Part shown: piece after piece, positions 47,818 to 60,925 of the stretch
Position numbering within the stretch: position 1 is the stretch's first letter
Layout of the letters: each line of letters starts with the position of its first letter
Source: Octopus sinensis
Taxonomy: Eukaryota
NCBI RefSeq assembly: GCF_006345805.1
Contig: NC_042997.1
Coordinates: forward strand, 153,450,001-153,514,000
Reading direction: 5' to 3'
DNA length: 64,000 nucleotides
Position numbers and translations under genes: made by a program
The notes under the pieces: generated by a model
What the model was told of the DNA's origin: nothing
Databases searched by the model: none
Seen by the model: only the letters and a program-made list of their open reading frames with translations

Positions 47818-47819
<2 letters not shown>
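47306..47819 (-). mobile_element. About 515-bp non-coding element embedded in a (TTA)n array (probable non-autonomous retroelement)
   Basis: Higher-GC block with (TTA)n on both sides; minus strand ends CTCTCTCACTC(AAT)n; no tRNA head and no TIRs. Confidence 0.55.
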
Positions 47820-47861
<42 letters not shown>

Positions 47862-49335
47862 TGATGGCCACTCCAGTAGATCTTGACATATGACTGTTTG
47901 AAGGAGATGATTTAAGAAAAGAAAACAAAAGATAAAAGCAAGAAGAGAAAAACAACTTTTATAAATAAATGAACAAAAAGCTGCATCTATTTGCGATGGA
48001 TAAATTTCAGTTCAGGCATAGATTTTTCTACGAAGTCACAGTGGGGACATTTGTGATTTTGATTTGGCCGGGGATTTGGACAAATATGTCTGTCGATTAC
48101 AGGATGTAATTCTTTTATTGTTTTGTTTTTGTTTTTTCAACTCATATTGTTTTGATGCTTCATGACACATTCATGACACAGTACTGAAAGATTCTTCTTT
48201 TACTCTTCAAATAATTATACAAATAACAATTGTATTACGTCCATCAGCCTTGTTAAATAACTAGATATTTTCCCCATCAAATTCATGTAAAGAAATCTAT
48301 TATAGTAAGCGCCGTCATTTTCGTCTCAAACTTCAATTTCTCATGCAGAGCGGGCAGAACATCAGCATTAAGGACAGACAAAATGAAAACAGCGTCGAGA
48401 AAATTTAACTAAATTTTAGTAGTTGTTGTCTGAGTAAGAATCGAAATTATAAATTTCATGTTCTTTAGAGTTATGAACTCAATAATGACATTTGCAATTG
48501 CTAGCAAAACAAAACCCTTCTTTTGATTTTATGAATAAAATGAAAATATAATGGAAGTCACTTTACCCAAAGCTAAATTATTTCATGACAAAACAATGAC
48601 GCTTGCAATCAATATTTGTTGAACACAAGAAAATTTTGAGGAACGTTGTTGTATTCACGAATGCGAGAATATTGCCAAGATAATAACAAAAGAGCATATT
48701 CCAAGCACACAAGTGTTTATGATTACGACAACATGCGTAAGAACAAATAAGACTCCGACAGCTACTATGTCACGTCGCAGTCAAGTTGACATTCCACAGC
48801 TAGTTGCCAGTGAGCAAAGGCAAAGCAGTTGCAACGATACTAGATGTATCATGAGCTGAGAGAGGGATTAATATAAACATTCAAAACAGATTCTCAATGG
48901 AATGCATCAAAACGATCTTATTCGTTTTTAAACACCGGCTATAATCGGTCAGCATTGATACAACGCCCACTAAGTTACTTTTGACAATGATTAATGATAC
49001 AAGGTGTGAATGTATATATCAGATTAATGATTCTTCGTTCTGACAAATAAAAAAACATCTGCTAATAATTCCCTTTTCGCAGTTGTTTTGTAGTATCTTA
49101 AAATGGCTGAAGAGGTAAACACATGCAGAACAATGAAAAAAAAAAGCCATCATGGATTTGGAAAACAAAATTGCCAACGCAGAAAACAACGTGGTTCTTA
49201 GCGGTCTCATCAAATGCAAATAAACAAACAGCTACAATTCTCACCCGCAAAAATATAGATGTGTGATATAAAAATGTTTAGAGAGTGTATAAATGGAAAA
49301 TTTGAATGTGCTTTATCATCCTCTAACTCTATCAG

Positions 49336-49453
49336 TACGAAACACCGTCATAAGAAGAGACTGGCTGACAAGAAAATAATTAAGAAATTCAGCCGAAATC
49401 TTTCAGAGGGACAGTTCATAAAACCTCCGAGGCCACTTCACGGGAAGAAACCG
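49336..49453 (+). CDS. Candidate internal coding exon of an unidentified host gene (Lys/Arg-rich)
   Basis: CTAAC branch point plus CTATCAG acceptor, GTACGT donor; open frame TKHRHKKRLADKKIIKKFSRNLSEGQFIKPPRPLHGKKP; ends in phase 0. Confidence 0.35.
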
Positions 49454-49689
49454 GTACGTAAGGAGAAAAATCATGAGTGAGAAAGAGGAGTTTAATCAAG
49501 ATGTAGTGTGGCGAGAGATTTTCAAGTGCAATATTGTTCCTGTATCGCACTAAAAACATACATAGTCTTTTTTTGGTGATAGCTTTGAGACTACGATAGA
49601 TCATTTTCAGGAAAGGGGAAGCACAAATAAAATATCCGTTTGATGGACACCGATACAAAATACTGATTTTACTTAAGACGTTTCACCGG

Positions 49690-50285
49690 ACAGCTGTCGA
49701 AAGTGGGGATCATCATGAGCTTTCCGAAGGACTTGCTTTGCCTGGCCATCCTGGGTCTGTGGGAACCAGAATACTTCCTTTGAGCAGTTTGTCTCTTTAG
49801 CTCTGGATCTTAAATGTAGATTCCGCTTTCGTCAAAGGTACCAGTAACTCAAGTACTCTTAGACTGAAAGTAATGAGCCCAACCCTGATGTCAACAGAGT
49901 ATCTTTCCTTCTCTTCGTTACTGAGCCCCCTGGGGAAAACACTTGCACAAATTTTGCGCTTGTTCAGACGTTCATGAATAATTCTATGTACAGTTGCTAT
50001 GCCAACTTCAAACTGTATACTTATTTTCTTTATAGGCGGTCTTCATCCAGAAAATTGTGAATTTTTTCAACTAGCCCCATTTCCTGACCTCCCTTTCCCT
50101 CCTACGCTTTTCAACGTCTCTTATCTCTTCTCCACCGTCCTTGAATTCGTGCCAGCGAAAAATAGATGTTTGGCTTATACATGTTAATCCTTAGGCAGTC
50201 TGGAGTATTTCATAACGTTTTTGCCCAGTTTAGCACAAAACCCTATTATATAGCGAGCTTCCAAATTCTGCCCATGTCCTGAGTG
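49690..50285 (-). mobile_element. Mariner transposase N-terminal remnant
   Basis: NLEARYIIGFCAKLGK, LVEKIHNFLDEDR, ATVHRIIHERLNKRKICA, FDESGIY..DPELKRQ, KSFGKLMMI. Confidence 0.75.
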
Positions 50286-50785
50286 CATCCTGCAAACTAG
50301 TTTAGACAAGCAATGTTTAGTAGGGTGTGTTCAAAGTGTTGTTACAGCTGTCTCCTTCAACCTGGAATAAATAGAGTCGGGTGGTCAGATTTTTAGCTGT
50401 ATAGTAATGATGTACTAAAATTACAGTAATCTAAGACAGTCATAACAGCCTCTCCTAAAAAGAATTTCAAAACTTCTGGAATACACTTCCAAGTTTTGAA
50501 AAGCAAAATTCAAGTTACAGTGATGTAGAGGTCATATTCAATGATATAAAAGATAAGAGATGGAATGCTTTTGTGCAAATTTCTGTAAAATGGAAATACG
50601 ATTGTTCAAATATAATTATATGGAACAGATAAAAGAAAGAGTGTGCAGCATGAAAAGCGGTGTCCTGCAAACATTAACATAATATTAAAGGTAAAGAAAA
50701 ATAAGCATTATGCCGAACTAATGAGAAATCTATTGATACTACGCTGCCTGGGCAGCTTTAAATAAATTATCAAAGGTCTGGAAAA

Positions 50786-51115
50786 CTAAGCTTTCATTAA
50801 TGCTGAAACGTAATTTCTTTCAGGCGGTTGAGCAGTCAGTTCTGTAATATCGATGTACAACATGGACTCTAACAAAGCGTCTTGGAAAGACAATTGACAG
50901 GATTTACACACGCATGGTTCGAGCTGCACTGGCATTCTCCTGCAGACAGCCATCAGCAAAAGAAATTTTGTAAGGTAATTTGCCACCAATATCACATGTT
51001 ATCAAAGACAGAAGAACAAAATTTGCTGGATATTACGAGAGAGCAAAAGACAAGGTCATCAGCGACGTTCTTCTCTGGGAGGTAAAACATGGGTACGCGA
51101 ATGTTGGCAGATCAC
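50786..51115 (+). mobile_element. RTE-clade LINE ORF fragment (post-RT)
   Basis: FQAVEQSVL.Y.C.TWTLTK...IYTRMVRAAL...GNLPPISHVIKDRRTKFAG...LLWEVKHG...GR (cf. VESVLLYG.E.WTLT...RRL.FAGH...LLW.P.HG..GRP). Confidence 0.75.
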
Positions 51116-52735
51116 ACCGTAGCTGTTTCTTTGGCATACCTGTAGAAAGCTCTGGGGTTAGATTTTATATTGTCTATAGCCCAGGCTTCTTTGTCTGCTC
51201 TTTCTTTTTCATAGGAGAGTTGCAGACATCTTTCAATTTCCAACAGTTTTATTTTCAGGCGGGACTTTTCACTGCTTTCAATTTGTTTGTTTAGGCGATT
51301 TGAAACTTTTGTACGCCGTCTCATTAGAATTTTCCTCTCTCTGGGGATTTTGCTCTTGTGTACAGTGGCCTTTCTCTCTGGGACACATTTGTAGCATATG
51401 GCTTGCATTACAGACATGAATTGTTGAAGTTTCATGTCGATGTCTGGCGAGGATAGACATTCAGGCCAGTTTTGTTTGAGGATCTCTTTCTCAATTTGTT
51501 TCCAGTTTGCCTTATGGAAGTTCAAGCTGGAAAAATTCTGAGAGTTTCTTGTAGGCTGCATGTCCATGCTTTCCTTTGGCCCGTACATGGTCAGCTCTAC
51601 CATTTTGTGATCCGAGAGTAGTGTCGGCGTCACTTTCACATTATGGATGAGATCCATATTATTTGTGAAGCAGAGATCCAGTATGTTACCTGCCCTGGTT
51701 GGCTGGAGTATTACTTGCTCCATGTACAGAGTGTTGATGAGGTTCAGGAGGGACCTCCCCTGTCCTCGTTCGCATCGTTTCATTCCTGGGAGAGAAAGGC
51801 CCTCGGGCCATCTGACATTGGGTAGATTGAAGTCTCCCATAAGAAGTACACTTATGTGTTGTTCTAATGTGACTAGAACTTCTATTTTTATAAGGCAGTC
51901 TTCAAATTTGCTTACATGGCTTGGGGCATCTGGAGGGCGATATGTAGCACATATAACTACACCAAGTTGCCTTATATGTACAATTAGTGTGTCACACACC
52001 GAATTTGAGTATGACAAAAGAACCTGGGGTGTGAGGTCCTCACGGATGTACATAGCAACTCCTCCGTAGTACAACATATTGTGGTATGTGTATTTCCGCA
52101 TCTGCTATGTCCGATTTCAGGTGTGTTTCCGTAAGTGCTATGCATAAGGCTTGATTGCATGCAACAAAATCTCTCAAGAACGGGATTTTTGTCCTGTTAC
52201 TGAGTGTTAGCAGTCCTCTGATGTTCAGTAGGAGCATCGAGGTGAGGTGTATACTGTTGCCGGCGGTGTCCACCTTGGGTCTATTTGCAGTGGCCGTCTT
52301 GTGTATAGTGGATAGTCCCATCTGCGAGTTTGAGTTTGATGGTGCCAGGTTAGCTGCTGTACAATCTTTTGTGCCAGGCACAAAAAAGTTTCTTGTTCAG
52401 CAGCTGCCATTTTAATAATATGTTGGCGGTTTGTAGCACGCACCACATCTCCGTACCTCCGTTTTGGGGCAGGTGGTGCGTGGTCCATTCCTTTTCCTTT
52501 TGGTAGTTGGTTTCTGACCTGTTTCGTGTTTATGTGGCAGGGTCTTTGATCTGCAAAACGGCAGCCTGCACCTTCCTCTCCATGCCAGCAGAAACCTTTC
52601 AGGTGGAATTTACACATTCGTGTGCGCTGTCTGTTTCTATCCTTTTTGGTACATAGATAGTCAGCTTTGCTTCTATCCTTGGCTGTTTCATCTTTTGGTT
52701 TTGTTTGAGTTTTAGTTTTTCCTTCCTTGGCTGTT
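51115..52735 (-). mobile_element. Older, 3'-truncated copy of the CR1 family (ORF1 C-terminus plus APE)
   Basis: Aligns to about 37025-38565 with roughly 10% divergence by eye; 26-bp microhomology (GGA) deletion near 52063; carries about 110 bp more 5' sequence; 5' end abuts (TA)n. Confidence 0.93.
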
Positions 52736-52752
52736 TGTATATATATATACAA

Positions 52753-52848
<96 letters not shown>

Positions 52849-52902
52849 AGTAACATGTATATACTTTACATATATATGTATAGTAACATATATGTATAGT
52901 AA

Positions 52903-53137
52903 GATAAGGCGGCGAGCTGGCAGAAACGTTATCACGCTGGGTGACATTCTGAGCGGTATTTCGTCTGCTGTTACGTTCTGAGTTCAAATTCCGCCGAGGT
53001 CGACTTTGCCTTTCATCCTTTCGGGGTCGATAAATAAAGTACCAGTTTCGCACTGGGGTCGATGTAATCGACTTAATCCCTTTGTCTGTCCTTGTTTGTC
53101 CCCTCTATGTTTAGCCCCTTGTGGATAGTAAAGAAAT
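52903..53137 (+). mobile_element. Full-length tRNA-derived SINE (tail A) with 15-bp TSD
   Basis: GGCGGCGAGCTGGCAGAAACG (A box), GAGTTCAAATTCC (B box), tail ...GCCCCTTGTGGATAGTAAAGAAAT; ATATATGTATAGTAA at 52888-52902 and 53138-53152. Confidence 0.92.
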
Positions 53138-53519
53138 ATATATGTATAGTAACAGAAAAAAGGAATTTCGTGGTGAGTTACAATGTATATAAGAAATTAA
53201 AAAATGAAAATACACACACTTTTCATCGTTTTAATATAATTTTTAATATATCGACCGGTTTCGTTTTCGCTATTCATGATATTATGGTTTACTTATTTGA
53301 ATATGTATTTTCTTAAGAACACATTTTTGTCCATGTTGTATGTTATGATATTTACGAGTGAGTGACTTCACAAGTAGAAAAATAAGGGAATGTAATTGGT
53401 TATCGCTATTATTGTTATTTTTGTTGGCAAGGGAGATAACTGTTCAGCTTTCTGTAAGGGGAGCAGAATATATATACACACAAGAAAAAGGGGTTTCGAT
53501 AAACTTGTTTAGTGATATA

Positions 53520-53780
53520 ATTATATATATACATATATATATGCATATATATGCGCATGTATATATGCATATACATACGCATATATATAAGCAAATACAT
53601 ATGCATATATATGTGTATATATATATATGTATATATATATGTATATATATATATATATATACCGATATACAGATATATGTATATATATGCATATATATAC
53701 ATACATATATATGCATATATATACATACATATATATAGGATGTTCTTATGTAGAAATATTTATGTGTGTGTGTGTGTGTA
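53520..53780. repeat. (TA)n/(GCATAT)n/(GT)n microsatellite field
   Basis: Direct reading. Confidence 0.9.
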
Positions 53781-56014
53781 TTACATGTCCCTACCCGTAA
53801 ACACTGATACAAACCAGGAGTGTAGTCCACACTCATGGCCATGACACTACTTTCTTATACACATTTATATAATGTGTATATTTATGCACGTGTAAATATT
53901 TACATAAACATCTAAACATATATTGGACAAACAGATACACGGTGATCTGGACAGACTTAGAGACAACCAGCCAGTCAGTCAGTGAAAGAGCCAGACGTGA
54001 CGTTTATATTAAAAGAATAATCACTTATTCGAAATTCTTACTTATCTTTACATTCACATAAGGCTCAATGTTTATTCGAACAGCAGTTTATCTGTCTGTG
54101 AAGAATGAGCGAAAATTATGACGTAAATGTATTCTAAAATGTTAATTGTTAATTGTCATCCATCACTCGATGCTCATACGAACGACGATTCATATCAACA
54201 ATCTATTTTGTTATAACTGAATTATTAAGACTGAAGATTATAAAAAGATATTAGACTTCACTGTTCATATAGTAAATGCATCTTTCACAGTAATTACTTT
54301 CATGATAGTTTGGAAATTAACAACGGAAATTTAGTGGTGGTTATTCATTTCCTAAGTGTTTTTTTTTTCCGATATTTTGAGGGCTCATATCTAGCTATGA
54401 GTTTAAGGAGTCAATGATGCATACACTGCTATTATAGCCATAGCTATTATGTCCTTCAAACAGTTATATATATTTGTGTGTGTGTGTGGTTATGATGTCC
54501 TGAATGTAGTCACAGCTCTGTGGTTAAGTTGTTCTTACATAGACATGGGTATGATGCCGCTCACGCAATTATAGTCGTGTTTTTAGGATATCATTCACGC
54601 AGTCATGGACATATAGTGAAGATGTTTTCATAAAATTATAGACACGAGGTTAAAGTATTGTTCATATAGTGATAGACATGTAGTTAATTTATCGTGGACT
54701 AGAATATAACCACGAGTTAAGCTCTGGACATGGGCATAGCCGTGGGGATAAGACATTCTCTGTGGAATTACTTAGTTGATTCAGAGTTCCATTTCAGGTA
54801 GTGTCTTGGACAAGCGTCTTCCACCCATTACTCGAACCGACCTAATCCTTCTGAACAGTGTCTGATAGAAGGAAATTATATAAAATTCCGTCGGAGGGAC
54901 TATACATTATGTACCATGAGTTTTTTTCTTTCTTTCTTTCTCCCATCAGTCTCGAACTCCCTGCAAATATCACTGGCGCTGCTTTTCTGCCTTTAACACC
55001 AGATCAGCATATTTTATAAAAAATTAATCTGAAGCATGTTCACTCAATTCATAACCTGGGATGATCTAGAATGCTATAGAATATTATAAAATTATAACTA
55101 AGAGCATTTCTTTTTAAAAATAAAGTGATCTGTTTAGGAACCAAACAACACAATCATGTCCACCTGCAACTCTTTCAATAAGAGTCTTCTACCATAGCCG
55201 CGGGTCAGCACAGATTAATGAGCGAAAGTGAGTAAATCAGATCAGTGCAAAAGCCCGTCGTGTGGACTGTAAGCTTAATCTATCGCTTGGTTCAGCATCA
55301 CCAGCTGTCCTTTAAGTATTTTAGTGGAATCCACTCTAATGCAAGCGTTCGGAGAAGCGTCCTTGTTTAAGGAAAATTCCTCCTTCTCACCAATCTTGGA
55401 GGCTCCAGAAAAAAGTATTAGCTTTTGCTAAACCGTGATCAATTTTAAAACTAAATCGCATGTCAGCTTCTAATAGACTGTAAATGTGACTCAATGTGAC
55501 TCAGTTGGACTCCATTATCTGTTCAATATATATTTTGCTGATAATCAACACTCGATTTCGAACAAGGATGTTACCAAACTTCCAGAAAATAATTTCTATT
55601 CTATGAATATCAATGATGAACATCAATCTACTACGAAAAGTAATTATTTTAAAATACTCGGTAATAGTTTCAAATTTTGGCATAGGTACAGCAGTTTTTT
55701 AGGGGAGGGGAAGAGCTGATTACATCGACCCCAGTACTCGATTGGTTCAATGAGCCGCTAAGGTGAAACTCGAAGTCTCATTCAATTTTAATATGATTAA
55801 TAAACTTGAATCTACTAAAAAGACAAGTTCCGTATTTTAAAAATGTTTATTATTATTATTTATAATTCTAATAAACTACATGACTAGCTAGATTTTTGTA
55901 AGAAGCCTACTAAACTTGAAAGTTACGCATTTGTAATATATGTATGAGTTTGTGTCCTGTTCGTTTGTTGATAAGGGTCAATAGTGAAGGTTTGCAGTAT
56001 ATTTGAGTATTATA

Positions 56015-56049
<35 letters not shown>

Positions 56050-56052
<3 letters not shown>

Positions 56053-56214
56053 CGTTCTTTATTTTCTCTCCTTGTTTCTTTCTGTGTTCCTTTCTGTGGA
56101 AGAGCATAGGCTCGAAATGTTAAAGACTTTTTCACTTCCCGAGCGTTATACTAATACATCTGTTTGTTGTCTAACCTGTCTTCGTCTTTTGGGTTTTTTT
56201 GTGAATTCTCCCCT

Positions 56215-56215
<1 letters not shown>
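56050..56215 (+). mobile_element. Penelope pLTR remnant with variant hammerhead (56090-56125)
   Basis: CTTT-CTGTGGA-A-GAGC(ATAG)GCTC-GAAA-TG-TT-AAAG; 3' end abuts (TA)n. Confidence 0.65.
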
Positions 56216-56248
<33 letters not shown>

Positions 56249-57339
56249 ATATATATGGTTGGCTGATGGTTACATAATGCATATTACATAATCAGCACTC
56301 ATTGTCAGATCTTCAGAATTGTGTAATATTGTCGAAGTAAAAACGTGGCACTAATCACCATCGTGATATCTACCGGCACTAGTACTACGCTTAATAATTA
56401 CATGTCTCTGATGATTTGATAAAGTGAAGGTTATGTAATTTGCATTATGTAACCAATAATCACTTCATGTTAAGGAAACGTACTTAAGATTATTTAAGCA
56501 AATGTTTATATGCTATTTCCCATGTTTCTTCTTTTACTTCTAAGTATACTCTGATTTAATAACAAAAGATAAAATAACAGTACGCGAACTGAAGTACACA
56601 CGGATTTCTTAACACCTGTTTGTCAAGTACGTTAAGGTTTAAATTGCACAGTGCGAATCTATGAGAGTTTGTGTATTTTGTAACGTAATGGAATTACCAA
56701 AACCGTTTTAGATAGTTACTCTCCAATACAAACATTATACAGCGATAATAATTCTTGAGAATCCAACGGACTAAATCTTAACCTAGCTTTTCTGTGTACC
56801 TGTCACTATCTCAATATCAATTTTATACTTTCTCATAAATCTTGTGATTCCTCGTAATTTATCACGAATCACCGTTGTGTGATAAAAGCTGCTAGAGCCT
56901 GAAGTATGTATGTGTGTGTCCATGTGTGTGAGTGTATGTGTGTGCGTGCGTGTGTAACATTATCATAAAAATGCACATTTTATTATATTTTAATCTAAAT
57001 GTTGTTTTCATTGTTAATTTTAAACACTGTCTTTGCTCAAAGTCGACAGCGCTGTATCTGAAGCTTTTATTCAGTGTGATCTCTTCCACTCCTACTTCCT
57101 GTTTCCATCAATAACTTTTAATTTTTTGTTACTTCTGCCCGCCAGAGCAGTTATAATTTTGAAGATATGAAGGAAAATTTTTCACTCATAGCAACGAGAA
57201 CAAATCAGAGTGCTTTCAACTTTCGCTCTTATATCAATTTTGAGTTTTCTTGTGTTTCAAAGTTATTGAGCATTTTAAATTTATTTCCTTATTTATTAAA
57301 GTGCTTTCTTTAAAATTTAAAGAAATTTAAATTTAAAGA

Positions 57340-57340
57340 C

Positions 57341-57400
<60 letters not shown>

Positions 57401-57405
57401 CTATC
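57340..57405. repeat. (GATA)n microsatellite
   Basis: Direct reading. Confidence 0.97.
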
Positions 57406-57763
57406 TAAAATTCAAATTGCACTACAAATTATCCATATTTAGAACTCCATTTGATGTGTGTGTGTGTGGTGCCTTTAATGGCTTTTACACATTTATGAGA
57501 ACAATCAAAATTTATAAAACGGCGAGTTTACTTTGGAAGATTGTTACTATATGTTAAAAATATTTCATTCAAATCTTTACAATAGTAATTGCTGTATCAA
57601 CATTGTCATGAAAGTGAAAGTTATATTAGCGGGAAGAAATGGCAAAAAAGAATTAATCTAAGTTTAATGACGGTGAAAGAAAGTAGTAGTGGTGTTAACA
57701 GCACTGACTGAAAGCTTCAGAGAGTGGGTTGTGAGTTTTGAGTAAAGATGATGCTTCAAATAT

Positions 57764-57970
57764 ATTCTATAAAATCTGTTCTGTCTGTCTCTGTGTGTGT
57801 CTCCTAGGATCTCGGGCATCCTCCATCCGATTGCGCTCAAATTTGATATGTAGAAACCGACGGTATCAGGGCGTATATAAATCTTGACAAAATTTATTCC
57901 ATGTGAGAATGCGATCGATAAAGCCGTGGGAACCTGCATTTGTACGCGCAAGTTCATCAGCTGTTGCGAT
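57764..57970 (+). mobile_element. Possible DINE-1/HINE-like non-autonomous Helitron derivative
   Basis: TCTATAAAA start, CTGTCTGT repeat, then ATCTCG...CCGATT...AAATTTGATATGTAG, resembling the DINE-1-like core; no clear 3' CTAG. Confidence 0.35.
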
Positions 57971-58422
57971 CGATACTACGCGTACGCGAGAAAAATGCAC
58001 GGTGTCTCAAATTTAGGTTAAATCAGTGTTTCTCAAAGGGACGGTCTATGGGACGGTCGGACAAGTTGTTTTGAGAAAATTTGACAACTCAGCACCGTCC
58101 ATTGGACGGGGGGCGTTTTGCTCGTTAACAATAAATGGAAACATTTTTGCTGAAATATATTAAAATTTGAATTTTTAAGATGTTTCTATTATTTAACATT
58201 GACTTGTCAGGAGTTTTGGTCTCATATACAAGTATACTTACATAACGATCATTATGTATTGGATTCCAGATAAAGATTTCTAATGTGTGTATTCTTTTGA
58301 TATTATTCCTTCAGAAATCATTATGTTAAATGTCGAAGATAAATTTAAAGAATGTTTCAGAAATTAGCTATCAACAAGACATTTACGAAATCTGATTCGT
58401 ATTGTTTTATTTCCTTCTCCAG

Positions 58423-58537
58423 GAAACCGCTGTTGTAGACCTTGAAGAACAGAGTCGAAGAATTAAAGAAGAAGCAATAAAATGTAACGCTGAATTGAAG
58501 AATTCAACCGATCGAAGTGAAGAAGTTCTGAATGGAA
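58423..58537 (+). CDS. Candidate internal coding exon of an unidentified host gene (acidic, coiled-coil-like)
   Basis: Strong acceptor TTTTATTTCCTTCTCCAG, donor GTAAGA; open frame ETAVVDLEEQSRRIKEEAIKCNAELKNSTDRSEEVLNG; starts in phase 0, ends in phase 1. Confidence 0.45.
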
Positions 58538-58734
58538 GTAAGAACAGTATTATTATATCTATTTCGGTTTGCTGCGCGCCAATAAATGTTCTGTTGTTAT
58601 TCTTTGTAGGAAGTATTGATAATGCTATAATCATTATTAGTAGAATAATGCTAAACATTTTCTTCACAACTTCATAGTTTTCTCATTTGCGATTTTATAA
58701 AAGGTAATTTTGATTAATACTAAACTACTTCAAT

Positions 58735-58945
58735 GCAGAGAGCTGGCAGAAACTTTAGTGCACTGGGTGAAGTATTTAACGACATTTTGTCCGTCTTTAG
58801 GTTCTGAGTTCAAATCCCGCCGGGGTTGATTTTTCCTTTCATTCTTTCGGGGTCGATAAAATAAATACCAATCGAGCACTAGGGTCGTCATAGTCGATTT
58901 ACCCTTTTTCCTAAAATTGCTGGCCTCGTGCCAAAAATAAAACCA
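58735..58945 (+). mobile_element. tRNA-derived SINE (tail B)
   Basis: GAGCTGGCAGAA, GAGTTCAAATCCC, tail GGCCTCGTGCC. Confidence 0.8.
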
Positions 58946-59764
58946 TTATTTGATTTGTTGTTGTAGCTGTTGTCTCCTTGATATGTGTATTGAATGTCCC
59001 TTTGCGTCGTTGAAGGAGACTTAACCAAAATGAAGCATTGGAGCATGGTTCCATGGTCTTTGTTCATAGAGGCAATGCAGGTTGGGGAACGCTTGTATGC
59101 AGGAGGTTCGGAAAGTATGAAGGATGGTATCGTCTGCCAAAACTTGAAGTTCATCTAAATAACGACATGAGTTTGTGTTCCACGAACTAAGGCGTTAATG
59201 TTATTGATCAATTCCAATATGTGGCTACTAATTAGCATCCCCTTAAAGTGTGACATGTTATGCCCCGTAAAGAAACCTAAATATTCCGAAAACTGGGTGT
59301 AGAGTATTGTTAATCAAAAGTAATCTCACCAGGTTAATGTTCACACGTTTTCAATCCCAGATTTAAAACTATTCCAATCCGTTTAAATCTTTGGTGTCAT
59401 TGAGAAAAGCACACAACATCACACTGATTCATTTTAATTCGGCTTCCAATGCCATATAGAAACCCTCGCTAATGTTTAAAACACAGATGTTATTTATACA
59501 ATCATACTTCATAAACAAATGAATTTCTTTTGACAGATAATCTCTGAAAAATTCTTTAATATTAACAATTCAGCCCTGAACAGAAAGATTTATGTAGTCA
59601 ATATCTTAAGTCTTTTTCCTATATCAAAAATAAATAATGTAATAGAAGTTTCACCATCTTTAGAATTTTCAATACAAACTGTTACGAGAGGCTTTCTGTA
59701 AATACAGGAGTGGAAAATAATCGATTGAGTCAGCTCCCAGTATATTATTTGTATTCTTTTTGTT

Positions 59765-59965
59765 GAACCCGGGCGAGTAAGACGAGGGTGAAATGCTTAG
59801 CGGTATTTAGTTTGCTGCTACATACTGGGTTCAAACTCTGCCGAAGTCAATTTTGCCTTTCATCCTTTCAGGGTCGATAAATTAAGTACCAGTCAAGTAC
59901 TGAGTCGATGTAATCGATTGTCCCCCTCCCCCACAAAAATCCAGGCCTTGTACCTATAGTAAAAA
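59765..59965 (+). mobile_element. tRNA-derived SINE (tail B)
   Basis: GAAATGCTTAGCGGTATTT, GGGTTCAAACT, GCCTTTCATCCTTTC, tail AGGCCTTGTACCTATAGT. Confidence 0.8.
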
Positions 59966-60892
59966 TGATTATTATTATTATTGTTGTTGTTGTTGCTGTT
60001 GTTCTTATAGATAAATAGATATGCATGCATGTAAGTATCAAGTACATTTGTATATTCATGTGCGTTTGTGTATGCCTATGTGCCTGCGTACGAATGTATC
60101 TTTCCCTGGAGTATATCGGTAAATAATACAAACATCTGCAAAAAAGACCGAAAGACCAGAGCTTTTCACACGAAGTCCTTTGCTATATTTGTTTATCAAC
60201 AAGATACAGACTCCTTGTTTTCGCTCCAGCCATCAGAAATGTACAGAATCGGTTAGAAATTTGTAATAAATGATGCAATAGAACACCACTTGCTATATAA
60301 AATAACTGAGTGATATATATTCCTCAACGTACTTTGCCCACTGCTCTTACAATCCTGCAATCATCCGATATTTTCCAAAAGTATTTCCCCAATGGTCTGT
60401 CTTTGTTATAAAATAGAAACTTAACGCAATGCTAAAAGAAAAATCAAATGACACCAAAACGGCGTATAATATACGTTACACAAACTAGCAATAAAGTTTA
60501 ACTGAAAATCGAACGTCTATTAGTTTTTAAGTATTGTTTAATAAAACTGGACATTTTGTATATTTTTAAAGTTTGTAAAAATCTGATTATACAGAAGTTC
60601 GTCCAAGTTTATGCTGTTGTTTTGGTTGCTGTTTATTGCACTGAAGTAATCAGGAGACGACATAAAATCGATGAACATTGAAAATGTTTTATTTACGAAG
60701 ACTCTATGAAGACGTCTTGTTTAACGAATAATTGACTGAATATCTTTGACTCGTTCGTCACACAGAATGAAAATAACTCTACACACGCGCAGACACACAT
60801 AGCCTTATATAACTGTGTATGTGTACATATATGCAAATATTTGTGAGTGTGTAATGTGTGTGTATGTATGTATGTATGTGTGTGTGTGTGTG

Positions 60893-60921
<29 letters not shown>

Positions 60922-60925
<4 letters not shown>

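Noticed and set aside
49082-49225. ATG-containing exon candidate (MAEE / MDLENKIANAE)
   Set aside because: Frames close quickly and the phase does not match the 49336 acceptor.
52908-52995. tRNA-like sequence with A and B boxes (also 9821-9870, 19280-19348, 29511-29570)
   Set aside because: These are SINE heads continuing into SINE bodies; I could not build a full cloverleaf.
58023-58085. hAT-like TIR CAGTGTTTCTCAA
   Set aside because: Only a partial partner (TTGAGAAA) and no TSD; not enough to delimit an element.
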